Source: Anthoceros angustus (Eukaryota > Plantae > Anthocerotophyta). From it: a DNA stretch of 64,000 bases. Below are positions 11,793 through 23,980 of this stretch, in pieces (the stretch's first letter is position 1; the number at the start of each line of letters is the position of its first letter). The DNA lies in assembly GCA_010909165.1 (NCBI GenBank), contig MU008188.1, forward strand, positions 310,001 to 374,000, read 5' to 3'. The notes beneath the pieces are model-generated. The model searched no databases and was not told the origin of the DNA. It saw only the letters and a list, made by a program, of their open reading frames with translations. A program made the translations under genes and the position numbers.

Positions 11793-14193
11793 TGGTGGAT
11801 TTTATGCAGTAGGCAGAGGAGGAGAACATCCAATTGGGGTGGGTGTATGGCCGCCAATGGGCCTACACCAATTTGGAGCTAATTGAGGAGTGTTTCATCA
11901 ACCTCCATCAATCAGAGGCAGCCCTTGCCGCGCTGCCGGAGAGGAATGCTCGGGCCATCAGCGTTCTTTGGGCGGTCGGAGCATTTGCAGTGTATGGAGG
12001 AGGAGGAGGAGGCTCGGAATCGCTCTCCTCGAGAGGACGAATGGGCGAAAGAGAATTTCCACTTCAGAAATTCCGCAAGAGGTCCTAGACATGATGGACG
12101 GAGGAATAAAGGCCCACGCCAAGAATGGTTGGAAGACGGACAGCATTAAGGAGCTGAAGTGGAGGTTCTTTGCCAAGATTGTTTTGGGATTGGTGAATTA
12201 CCAACGCACCTCTTATTTCAGCACCAATTTCTTTCAATTCTTGTGGAAGATTTCGCGAGGAGCCAAGCCGGATTGGGGGACCATCATGTATGAGGCCTAC
12301 ATCCACCACAAGGAGAAGCTTCTCAAGCCAAACACTGTGGACGAAGGAGGAGCAAGGCCATGCTACCTCAGCACCTATTTGGTGCACTTGTGGGAGACGG
12401 AGGGGCTCTTGACCAGCAAGGAGCTCGAGGATGCTTGGCATCCTTTTGAAATTATCCACCTTAGGCCAAACTTGGAGAGGCCTTTGCGCTTTGCCTTGAG
12501 GAAGACCATAGGAGGGCAGACCTCCTGAAGCATGCCGAGGCCAAGTTGAGGAGGTGGGCGGCAGCGAGATTACTTGGGGAGTGGGAGGATTTTCCCACAA
12601 GAGAAGAAGAGAGGAGGAGCAAGAGCGGCCAGAGGGCCAAGTGGTGGTGTATGAGGGACACCTACCACGGTAGGGGAGCACCTACGCGGTAGGGAGGTAG
12701 TCCCAAGGGTGGGAGGAATCCCCACCATTTCATGGGTACCTCAAGGGAGGCATCACGCCCCACCCCAGAGGGAGGCACACCGTGGTAGGGAGGCAACCTA
12801 CCCCTGTGAGGTAACCGATCACTGTAGAGACTCAACCCACAATGAGGTAGGCACCCTACGGTGACAGCCTCGGCGAAGGGGAAGAGGAAGGGGGGTCAGA
12901 GGCGCCCGCGGTCGCGCTTAGCCGCCATCACCCGCTTAGGGTGGAAGGGCAAATGGGGCGACTCAGGGCCTACCCGCCGATGGCCTGGAGAATGCAAGGC
13001 TGGAAATTTCCAGCAAAGCCGACCTGGGGCGAATTAGCCCCTAGAGACGGTCGAGTGCCTGTGAGGTACTCACTGTGGATTTGAAGGAGCGAGGGAGATA
13101 ATAAATTCCTATTGGCGTGCTGGGAGGAGATCCAGGCGAACAAGGCCTAGGAGATGGAGGAGCGACGAGCCGGGACCAAATGGCAATGGAGGCCATGGAG
13201 TCCAATGAGAAGGCAGCCAAGTTGAGAAGGTCAGAGAAGCTCAGCAGGACCTTATGGACTAGAGGCAGCTGAGAAGGTCCCGAGGAAGATTGTCCCAAAT
13301 GTAGAGAAAGAGCCATCCGGGCGACGAACCAACGGGACACATGGAGGCAAAAGGCGGAGGAGCATTTTGCCCAGCTAGAGCAGGAGCGAAGGAGCAAATC
13401 AAGGCTCTAGGGAGAGAGAAGCGGGCGGTCCAGTAGGTGGAGGCACAGGAGCAGGTGATGGCCACCCAAGCCATCAAAATCCAGGACATGGAGGAGGAAT
13501 TGCAAAGAACCCGGTTTAGTTTGGAGGAAAAACGCACGGAGTTAAACGATCAAAACCTCCAAGTGCAAGAGCGGAGCGGAAGAGCGTTTAAGGTGAGGAG
13601 AGGGAGAGACTTCACAAGCAAATGGCATTGGAACAAAGGAGGTTCCAAGAGGAAGAGCACCACAAGAAGGTGGTGCATAGGATGCTGGTAGTAAGCTAAG
13701 GAAGAGACGGTTTTGGGCGGACTATGCCCTTCAAGCGAAACTGACCAGCCAACTTAGGGAAGCAAGGGAGGAGAATGTAACCCTCCATGTGAAGGTGGGC
13801 GAATTGACCACCGTGGGAGACGCCTACAAGGGTAGGTGTGAAGATGGAGAATGGCCCACGGAGCTCGATGACCTCGAAATGCAGTACCATAGCTTGGGAG
13901 CCCATCTTCACAATAGGATATTGAAGGCCAACAACGAGGTGTTGCGTTTGGCCAAGAGGAGGACTTTGGGTCCTCATGATGATGATCGGGAGGTGCTGCT
14001 ACAGGTGCAACCGGAGGCCTCAGATTTTGATGAGGCCACGAGTGACATGGACTCCGAGGAGTCTGGGGAAACAGGAGGAGAGACCACGGCGCCGAGGGAA
14101 GGAGATGGCGCCGAGAGCAAGGTGGGAGGTCACCCTACCATGGTAGGTGACCACCCTACCCTGATGGGTAGCCAACCTACCCGCGGTGAGTAG
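11643..14193 (+). pseudogene. Uncharacterised TE-associated protein: N-terminal helical domain, PTxVGxQ repeats, long coiled coil, acidic tail (frameshifted)
   Basis: MPPAAKG...FAGQLNHLVDF, then KNGWKTDSIKELKWRFFAKIVLGLVNYQRTSYF...DWGTIMY...YLSTYLVHLWETEGLLT, then heptad-rich EAQEQVMATQAIKIQDMEEELQRTRFSLEEKRTELNDQNLQVQE, then acidic SDFDEATSDMDSEESGE. No introns seen. Confidence 0.6.
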
Positions 14194-14261
14194 CCACCCA
14201 GCCCGGTAGTCCCGGACTACTGCGGTGGCGAGGACCTCTGCGTGGGTGCAGAGGCAGGCCA

Positions 14262-16390
14262 AGGGGCTGGAGAGGATGGAAGAGCCGGGGTCCAGACATA
14301 CCTTGGAGGAGGAGACAAGGCGGTGGAGAATAGCCGGGAGAGATCAAGGGCGGGGTCCGACCGTCGAAGGCAGAAGGGTGAAATTCCCTCACCCCACGGA
14401 TCGAGGAGGCAAGGGGCTGGAGAGAGTCCAGCAGAAAACGCCGGAGGAATCGGTGAGAGGCCATCATGGTTCAGCGAATGGGGATGAAGGATCTTTGAAG
14501 ATGCTCTATGATAGGTATGGATAAATCAAACAACAGGCGAAAGAGCAATGAAGATCTTGACCCAGGAAGCCCTCACCAAGGGAAAGGAGAGAGGAGAATG
14601 GCATTGAGGGAAGGGGCCAGCCTACCATGGTAGGTGGTCAACCTACCCGTGAGGTACGGACTACGCGGTGGTGCCCTGAGGGCGTGTGCCGAGGGTGGAA
14701 GATGGGCCATTCGGCGGAAGGGGCGCGATTGCCCGAGGCGAGGAATCGCGTCATGAGCGGAGGAAGAGGCGGAATGGTACTTGCCCCACAAGCTAGGAAG
14801 AGGACGAGGAGGGAGGGCAGAGCAAGAGGCGAGGAGCCAATCCGAGATGCGTCGCCACCCCAAGATGAGGATCGAGAATGGTCAAAGATCATAAATGAGC
14901 TTTGAGAATGGGAAGGATAGGTGATGTGGTGACATTCTTTAAGAGTGGTCTTAGGTGAAATTGCTAGAATAGAATTTCACGTAGGATCAAGCGATGACTT
15001 AGATGCGGGACTTAAATCTTGGCGGTAGGAAACGATAAAATATTGGGAAAGGTGGCACGCAACATGTGCACCAAGGGAGGTTGTATGTGGAAGGCCTCCT
15101 ATAAGAGGAGGCGGTTTTCACAAAGTAAAGTATCACGTCTTGTTCCATACTCACGAGTCGACCTTTGCCCTTGTAAAGGAATTTAGTGCTTATGAGCCAG
15201 CGCAGCGTCAGGTAGAAAGTTGCGGTGGTCGGTGCTTGGTGGAGGCTTCCTCCTGGGCGCCTCAACGAGTTGCTCCCCTTGTGAATGGTTGTGAAATTGC
15301 TTTGCTTTGGGTGTGTGGCAATGCCCAGGGGCGGAGAGGATGGAAGAGCCGGGGTCCAGACATACCTTGGAGGAGGAGACAAGGCGGTGGAGGAATAGCC
15401 CCGGGAGGAGATCAAGGGCGGTCCGACCGTCAGACAGAAGGTGAGAAATTCCCTCACCCCGGATCGAGGGCAAGGAACCGGAGAGGAGTCCAGCCTGAAA
15501 AACGCCGGAGGAATCAGTGAGGAGGCCATCATGGTTCAGCGAATGGGGATGAAGGATCTTTGAAGATGCTCTATGATAGGTATGGATAAATCAAACAACA
15601 AAGCAATGAAGATCTTGACCGGAAGCCCTCACCAAGGGAAGGAGAGAGGAGAATGGCATTGAGGGAAGGGCCAGCCTACCATGGTAGTGGTCAACCTACC
15701 CAGGGTACAGCGTAGGGTGCCCTTTGAAGGAGTGGAAGATGGGCCATTCGGTAGCCGGAAGGGGCGATTGCTGGAGGCGAAGGAATCGGCGCGTCCGCGG
15801 GAGAAGAGGCGAATGGTACTTGCCCCACAAGCTAGGAAGAGGGAGAGGAGGGAGGGGCAGAGCAAAAAGAGGCGAGCCAATCCATGAGAGATCGCCACCC
15901 CAAAGAAGATGAGGATCGAGAATGGTCAAAGATCATAAATGAGCTTTGAGAATGGGAAGGATAGGTGATGTGGTGACATTCTTTAAGAGTGGTCTTAGGT
16001 GAAATTGCTAGAATAGAATTTCGTAGGATCAAGCGATGACTTAGATGCCGGGACTTAAATCTGGCGGTGAAACGATAAAATATTGGGAAAGGTGGCCTGC
16101 AACATGTGCACCCAAGGGAGGTTGTATGTGGAAGGCCTCCTATAAGAGGAGGCGGTTTTCACAAAGTAAAGTATCACGTCTTGCGCTTCCATACTCACGA
16201 GTCGACCTTTGCCCTTGTAAAGGAATTTAGTGCCGGCTGTGAGCCAACGCAGCGTCTGGTAGAGAGGAAGTTGCGGTGGTCAGAGTGCTTGGTGGAGGGC
16301 TTCCTCCCTGCAGGCGCCTCAACGAGTTGCTCCCCTTGTGAATGGTTGCTGTGAAATTGCTTTGCTTTGGGTGTGTGGCAATGCCCAGGG
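14262..16390 (+). repeat. ~1.06 kb tandem duplication nested in copy 1 of the large duplication
   Basis: ggagaggatggaagagccggggtccagacatacc...gctttgggtgtgtggcaatgcccaggg occurs twice; junction at ~15327 in a cc(a/c)agggg microhomology. Confidence 0.92.
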
Positions 16391-16744
16391 AACTCTCGGC
16401 TTGAGGGTAGACTACAGAAAGACTCACAGGTTCTCAGTGTCAAACTCATAGCAACCGCCCAAGGAAGAACTTCACGGGTAGGCGGACCCCTGCGGTTGTC
16501 TTGGCGAGCCAGGCAAGTAAGCCGAGGTTAAAATAGGAGGAGGATGAGGAGATGAGTAGAGGATTAGAGCGTAGGTGATAGCGGAAGGCCACAGGCAGAG
16601 CCTAAGGGACGAATCCCAAATCTGCAAGTAAGAGGGCACTCCCTGAGTGGAGAAGATTGGTCTTAGAAATAGAGACGAAGTTGCGGTGTGGATCAGGGGG
16701 TCCACAGGCCGTGATGAACTCCTGCTGCTAAGGTGACGCAATTG

Positions 16745-17790
16745 TGTTGTGTGTTGTAGGTCGAGAATTGATGATTTTTCGAGGCAGCAGAGGTACACTG
16801 TGGAGGGAGAGTAGAGGACGCCTTGCTTGTTTTGAAGGCCGAGGTAGTGTAGTTGCTGCAAGTAGCGATAGTTTCCCCAGAACTCAATCGTTCACACAAG
16901 TCTTATGGGACAAAACCCAACGTACGAAGCGACAGTGGGATAAGTGTGGCCGCTAGAGGGGAAACCTCGGAAGCCCCGGGGTTCCCTCCCACAAAGAGGT
17001 TCTTATATTAATTGGTTTCAAGACCATTTATGGCCTCCTATAAAAGCAAGTATTATGAAGCATACGAATTTTGCTAATGCATTCCATTACCTTAAGACTG
17101 CCCATGGAAAGCCCGGGATGGACAATCCATGTACCAAGTTGACGCGTGGATCCTCGTACACTCGGTTTGACTCGAAGACATGGGAGTTGAGGCTTGCGTA
17201 CAAGCTTGCAGCTAATAAAAAATCTGCAGCATCTAGGCCAATTATCAACATGGGGCCTTTGGAAGATAGACCTGATCTGAGAAAGGAGCTTGGTGATTTC
17301 TTTAGAACCTTGAGGGATGAGGCGGAACCAATCAATGCCCCTCTTGTCCAACCCATGCCGAGGGGCATAATTCAAGCTAGAGCACTTGAACTCATTGGAG
17401 ACGGAACTTTCGAGGTTAGCATTAATTAGACAAGGAAGTTCATGAAAAAGGAACTCTCATGATCCTATCGAGCATCTACTACTGTAGCTTCTAAGCTCCC
17501 GGAGACTTGGGAAGATGAAGGAAGGATGATGGTATATAGAGTAGCTTACCTCTCAAGAGCTTATGATATTCCACCTGAACTAGTTATTAATAGTGAATCA
17601 AATGGGAATCCACTTGGTTCCTACAAAGGGAGAACGCACATGGGAAGTTAAAGTGACAAAAGACATCAAGATGCTTGGGGTAGAGGACAAGAGGCAAATT
17701 ACAGCAGTGGTATCGTCACCCGCAGCATGTCACTTACTACCACTCCAAATCATCTTCATAGAAACAACAAGTAGGTCAGAACCCACAGGT
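16745..17790 (+). mobile_element. pogo/CENP-B-like DDE_1 (Tc1/mariner superfamily) transposase remnant, 3'-truncated, copy 1
   Basis: RGSYINWFQDHLWPPI...FEVS..RKFMKKEL.SYRASTTVASKLP...YDIPPELVIN(SD)QMGIHLVP...RTWEVK...EDKRQITAVVSS...LLPLQIIF. The first catalytic-Asp region and the KRQIT..LPxQxIF block are typical of DDE_1 proteins. Confidence 0.8.
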
Positions 17791-19070
17791 CGGAGATCGA
17801 ACTCCAGAGCTAGCTTGGTGGCCAAGTTGTCAAAAACTCGGCGAGCATCTTCCAGTGCACCACACTTTGCATACATGTCCACCAGGCAGTTGCCCACAAG
17901 TATGTTGTTATCTAACTGTCCTCTTTCCACGATCTATGAATGCAGCTGCCTGCCCTTTGTGTAAGGCACGAGAGCTAGCACAGGCCTTGAGAAGGCAAAC
18001 AAAAGTGAGAGAGTCAGCCACAATCAAGCCCTCCTACTCCATTTGTGCATATAGATCAAGTGCCTTGTAGCCGAGACCTTGTTGTGCATACCCGGCAATT
18101 AGGGCAATCCATGTCACCACACTTTTTGTGGCTAAGCTGTCCACCTACCTTCGTGCATCTTCCAATTCACTCTCCTCATGCCCTCCTGCTCCATTTGTGC
18201 ATATAGATCAAGTGCCTTGTAGCCGAGACCTTGTTGTGCATACCCGGCAATCAGGGCAGTCCATGTCACCACACTTTTTGTGGCTAAGCTGTCCACCTAC
18301 CTACGTGCATCTTCCAATTCACTCTCCTCACGCCCTCGTTCTCCATTTGTCCATATAAGACAAGCGCCTCCTGGCCAAGACTCGGAGTGTTCAAGAGACC
18401 AAACCCCAAAGCTAGCTCCTTAGCATGCCCACAAAAGAGCACCTTCTTTTTCCTTCACCACATCCATTGTGCCGAAGCTTTCAAAAAGCTAGCGGGCAGC
18501 TTTTAGTGCACCACATTTTGCATATATGTCCACTAGGCGAGTGCGTAAGTCACCTAGCACTCCTCTGTTGGCCACCTATCAGTGTAGTTGCCCCTCCTTT
18601 CTCCAAGGCACCAATGCGTCCACAGGCCTTCAGAAGGCAAGCAAAGGTAACTTTTGTCAGCCAAAATGAGGTTCGCCTTCTCCATCTTCCCATACATCAA
18701 TGATCGCCTCTTGGCTGAGTCCTTGTTGTGCACACTGCGAATTAGGTATTCCATGTCATCACATGCGCCCAACATTATCCAACAAATACCTTTCCACACC
18801 TAGAATACAGCTTGCCTCTGATTCTCAATGGCTCAATACAAAGCCTTGAGAAGGGAGGCAAAAGTAACATGGGTCGCCCAAAATGAGGCCCTCCCCCTGC
18901 CCATTTGTTCACTCTGGAACAAGTGCCTTATTTCCTAGCCCTGGTGCCATTGTTGGGCATACCGAGGCATTCACCACCGCATCTATTCCACCACATCCTT
19001 TGTGGCTAAGTTTTCAAAAACCTATCATGCATCTTGAGTTCACCACCATACATGTCCACGGTAGAATTCA
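17790..19070 (-). pseudogene. PLS-class pentatricopeptide repeat (PPR) gene remnant, copy 1
   Basis: VGNCLVDMYAKCGALEDARRVFD; VVTWIALIAGYAQQGLGYKALDLYAQME (two near-identical copies ~150 bp apart); TFVCLLKAC. Frameshifts and internal deletions. Confidence 0.9.
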
Positions 19071-19926
19071 GACGCCATCCGGAAGTTCGAACCACGGATG
19101 GCGATGTTGTTATAATGTATGTTACATATTTCACTTGCTCGGGTTGTATAAAATGGCCTTGCTGCAGGATCGGGTTTAGGGTGTTGCGATTATGTTGCAG
19201 GTTGTATAACATGGATGTAACATACGATCTGGTCGCCCATGGTTCCATTGAGCGGAATCCAAGCCCGCCCAGCACTTCAAATCGTAGCGCCAGTATTGTG
19301 AAGCCATTCGCACACATATCCGCGGATGTCGCACTACTGCACTCATTGGGGGCGGGGCGATTAGTTCGGGGTTTCCAGCCATGGGCGCCGAGGTTCATGG
19401 CAGCACACCTTCTGCCGCCACCGTATGGCAAAGCTAGAAAATAGCTTGTCAAATTCCGTGGAAGGTGACATGGTTTCTCCGATTGTACAATCCGCCGCCA
19501 TTCGATCGACATAGCTAAGGATTGGCCACATGTGTGTTCCGGTTGCAATCGCCAGACGCTAAGTCGCTTGTTAATGAGCCCCCATTCGCCCGTGGCCACG
19601 GAGGAGCAAGGCCATGCTACCTCAGCACCTATTTGGTGCACTTGTGGGAGACGGAGGGGCTCTTGACCAGCAAGGAGCTCGAGGATGCTTGGCATCCTTT
19701 TGAAATTATCCACCTTAGGCCAAACTTGGAGAGGCCTTTGCGCTTTGCCTTGAGGAAGACCATAGGAGGGCAGACCTCCTGAAGCATGCCAGGGCCAAGG
19801 ATTGAGGAGGTGGAGGCAGCACTGGCGAGATTGCCGGAGTGGGAGGATTTTCCCCCACAAGAAGAATGCAGAGGAGGAAGCAAAGATCAGGCCATAGAGG
19901 GCCAAGTGGTGGTGTATGAGGGGACA

Positions 19927-20136
19927 CCTACCACGGTAGGGGAGCAGCCTACCGCGGTAGGGGAGGTAGTCCCAAGGGTGGGAGGAATCCCCACCATTTC
20001 ATGGGTACCAGAAGGGGAGGCACCCTGTCAGCCTACCCCGGTAGGGAGGCAGACTACCGTGGTAGGGAGGCAACCTACCCCGGTAGGTAACCAGACTACT
20101 GTGGTAGAGACTCAACCTACCACGATAGGTAGGCAC
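19927..20136 (+). repeat. 21-bp-period minisatellite built on the palindrome CCTACC-NN-GGTAGG (encodes PTxVGxQ)
   Basis: Units at 19927, 19948, 20032, 20053, 20074, 20095, 20116. Related arrays at ~9045-9160, ~12660-12860, ~14133-14190, ~14620 and ~21370-21430. Confidence 0.85.
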
Positions 20137-22954
20137 CACGCCCGTGAGCAGCGACCCTCACGGAAGGGAAGGAAGGGGAGACGGTGGCGAGCGCCGGCGG
20201 CTGCGCCTAGGCCGCCATCACCCGTGCTGGGTGGAAGGGCAAATGGGGCGCGGCGAGGCCTACCCGCGTGAGGCCCGAGGAATGCAAGGGGGCTGGAAAT
20301 TTCCAGCAAGAAGCAGCCAGGGGGCTTGGGGCCCCTAGGAGATTTCTGAGTGCACAGTACTCAGCCGTGTTGAAGGGAGCGAGGAGATAAGCCTCCTATT
20401 GGCGTGCCGAGAGATCCGGGCAAGGCCTAGGAGATGGAGGAGCGACGAGCCGGGACCAAATGGCAGCTGGAGGCCATGGAGTCCAATGAGAAGGCAGCCA
20501 AGTTGGAGAAGGCTGTAGAGAAGCTCTAGCAGGACCTTATGGACTAGAGGCGAGCGGAGAAGGTCCTGGAGGAAGATTGTCCCAAACAGAGGAAAGAGCC
20601 ATCCGGGCGACGAACCAACGGGACACATGGAGGCAAAAGGCGGAGGAGCATTTTGCCCAGCTAGAGCAGGAGCGAAGGAGCAAATCTGAAGCTCTAGGGA
20701 GAGAGAAGCGGGCGGTCCAGTAGGTGGAGGCACAGGAGCAGGTGATGGCCACCCAAGCCATCAAAATCCAGGACATGGAGGAGGAATTGCAAAGAACCCG
20801 GTTTAGTTTGGAGGAAAAACGCACGGAGTTAAACGATCAAAACCTCCAAGTGCAAGAGCTGGGCCGAGAGTTGCGGGGAGGAGAGGAGAGACTTGCCAAG
20901 CAAATGGCATTGGAACAAAGGAGGTTCCAAGAGGAAGAGCAGAAGGTGGTGCATAGGATCTTGAGTAAGCTAAGGAAGAGGCGGTTTTGCCCTTCTTCAA
21001 GTGACCAACTTAGGGAAGCAAGGAGGAGAATGTAACCTCCATGTGAAGGTGGGCGAATTGACCACCGAGGCGCCTACAAGGGTAGGTGTGAAGATGGAGA
21101 ATGGCCCACCTGGACTCGATGACCTCAAATGCGTACCAGCTTGGGGCCCATCTTCACAATAGGATATTGAAGGCCAACAACGAGGTGTTGCGTTTGGCCA
21201 AGAGGAGGACTTTGGGTCCTCGCATGATGATCGGGAGGTCTTTTCTGGTGCAACCGGGGCCTCGATTTTGATGAGGCCACAGTGACATGGACTCAGGAGT
21301 GCAGGAAGCAGGGAGGAGGAGACCAGGCGCCAGGGAAGGAGATGGCGCCGAGAGCAAGGTGGGAGGTCACCCTACCATGGTAGGTGACCACCCTACCACA
21401 GTAGGTAGCCAACCCACGGTGGGTAGCCACCCCAGGTAGTCTGCCCGGACTCTGCGGTGGGGGACCTACTGGTGGGTGCGAAGGCAAGCAGGCCAAGGGG
21501 GCCTGGGAGAGGATGGAAGAGCCGGGGGGTCCAGCGACATACCCCTTGGAGGAGGAGACAAGGCGGTGGAGGGAATAGCCCCGCCGGAGGAGATCAAGGA
21601 CGGGGTCCGACCGTCGGGACAGGAAGGGGTGAAATTCCCTCACCGGATCGAGGAGGCAAGGGGCCTGAGAGGAGTCCAAGACGAAAACGCCGGAGGAATC
21701 GGTGAGGAGGCCATCATGGTTCGTGAATGGGGATGAAGGATCTTTGAAGATGCTCTATGATAGGTATGGATAAATCAAACAACAAAAAGAGCAATGAAGA
21801 TCTTGACCGAAGCCCTCACCAAGGGAAGGAGAGAGGAGAATGGCATTGAGGGAAGGGCCAGCTACCATGGTAGGTGGTCAACCTACCGATGGTGCCAGTT
21901 CTGTAGGGTGCCCTTTGAAGGTGTGGAAGATGGGCCATTGAGCCAGCGGAAGGGGGCGATTACTGGGCGAAGGAATCGCGCGTCCGGAGGCAGGAGGAAG
22001 AGGCAGAATGGTACTTGCCCCACAAGCTAGGAAGAGGACAGGAGGGAGGGGACAGGAGCAAAAAGAGGGCGAGGGAGCCAATCCGCAGGAGATGCGTCGC
22101 CACCCCAGCAAGATGAGGACTGAGAATGGTCAAAGATCATAAATGAGCTTTGAGAATGGGAAGGATAGGTGATGTAGGCTGACATTCTTTAAGAGTGGTC
22201 TTAGGTGAAATTGCTAGAATAGAATTTACGTAGGATCAAGCAGTAGACTTAGATGCCAGGACTTAAATACTGGCGGTAGGAAACGATAAAATATTGGGAA
22301 AGGTGGCCTGCAACATGTGCACCCAAGGGAGGTTGTATGTGGAAGGCCTCCTATAAGAGGAGGCGGTTTTCACAAAGTAAAGTATCACGTCTTGCGCTTC
22401 CATACTCACGAGTCGACCTTTGCCCTTGTAAAGGAATTTAGTGTAGTGAGCCAACGCAGTCTCCGGTAGAGAGGAAGTTGCGGTGGTCGAGTGCTTGGTG
22501 GAGGGCTTCCTCCTGCAGGCGCCTCAAGCAGTTGCTCCCCTTGTGAATGGTTGTGAAATTGCTTTGCTTTGGGTGTGTGGCAATGCCTGTGGAACTCTCG
22601 GCTTGAGGGTAGACTACAGGAAAGACTCCACAGAAGGTTCTCATTGTCAGTGTCAAACTCATAGCGGCCCAAGGAAGAACTTCTTGTGGGCGGACCCAGG
22701 CGGTTGTGTAGAGCGAGCCAAGTAAATCGAGGTTAAAATAGGAGGAGGATGAGGAGATGAGTAGAGGATTAGAGCGTGGGTGATAGCGGAAGGCCAGTGC
22801 GAGCCTAAGGACGAATCCCAAATGCAGTAAGAGGGCACTCCCTGAGTGGAGAAGATTGGTCTTAGAAATAGAGACGAAGTTGCGGTGTGGATCAGGGGGT
22901 CCCTGGGCGCCCGTGATAGACTCCTTGCTGCTAAGGCAGGACCTGCAATTGTGT

Positions 22955-23980
22955 TGTGTCGTTGTAGGTCGAGAATTGATGATTTTTCGGAGCAGTGCAG
23001 GAAGGTGCAGCTGCTGTGGAGGGAGAGTAGAGGACGCCTTGCTTGTTTTGAAGGCCGAGGTAGTGTAGTTGCTGCAAGTAGCGATAGTTTCCCCAGAACT
23101 CAATCGTTCACACAAGTCTTATGGGACAAAACCCAACGACGATTGGGATAAGTGTGGTAGCTTAGAGGGGAAACCTCGGAAGCCCCGGGGTTCCCTCCCA
23201 CAAAGAGGTTCTTATATTAATTGGTTTCAAGACCATTTATGGCCTCCTATAAAAGCAAGTATTATGAAGCATACGAATTTTGCTAATGCATTCCATTACC
23301 TTAAGACCGAAGCCCCGGGATGGACAATCCATGTACCAAGTTGACGCGTGGATCCTCGTACACTCGGTTTGACTCGAAGACATGGGAGTTGAGGGCTTGC
23401 GTGCAAGCTTGCTAATAAAAATCTGCGACATCAGGCCAATTATCAACATGGGGCCTTTGGAAGATAGACTCACGAGAAAGGAGCTTGGTGATTTCTTTAG
23501 AACCTTGAGGGATGAGGCGGAACCAATCAATGCCCCTCTTGTCCAACCCATGGGGCATAATTCGCTAGAGCACTTGAACTCATTGGAGACGGAACTTTCG
23601 AGGTTAGCATTAATTAGACAAGGAAGTTCATGAAAAAGGAACTCTCATGATCCTATCGAGCATCTACTACTGTAGCTTCTAAGCTCCCGGAGACTTGGGA
23701 AGATGAAGGAAGGATGATGGTATATAGAGTAGCTTACCTCTCAAGAGCTTATGATATTCCACCTGAACTAGTTATTAATAGTGAATCAAATGGGAATCCA
23801 CTTGGTTCCTACAAAGGGAGAACGCACATGGGAAGTTAAAGTGACAAAAGACATCAAGATGCTTGGGGTAGAGGACAAGAGGCAAAATTCAGCGGTGGTG
23901 TATCGCCACCGCATGACATGTCACTTACTACCACTCCAAATCATCTTCATAGAAACAACAAGTAGGTCAGAACCCACGTC
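22955..23980 (+). mobile_element. pogo/DDE_1 transposase remnant, copy 2
   Basis: Near-identical to 16745-17790. Confidence 0.8.

Larger units (their letters stand above)
8870..16740 (+). mobile_element. GA-rich repetitive element of uncertain class (possibly the internal accessory-ORF region of a gypsy/Tat-like retrotransposon); second partial copy at 19600-22950
   Basis: Long degenerate ORF plus internal palindromic minisatellites, duplicated and embedded in a TE nest. No RT, transposase or termini recognised. Confidence 0.45.

Noticed and set aside
16480-16740. Possible gypsy integrase remnant on the - strand (IWDSSLRLCLW / AFRYHPRS)
   Set aside because: Only a loose match to WDxxLxxVLWAYRTTP with no other pol motifs nearby; too weak to call.
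19927-20136. Palindromic repeats with variable spacers, superficially CRISPR-like
   Set aside because: Eukaryotic TE context, 14-bp repeats with 7-bp spacers, in-frame coding, and no cas genes.
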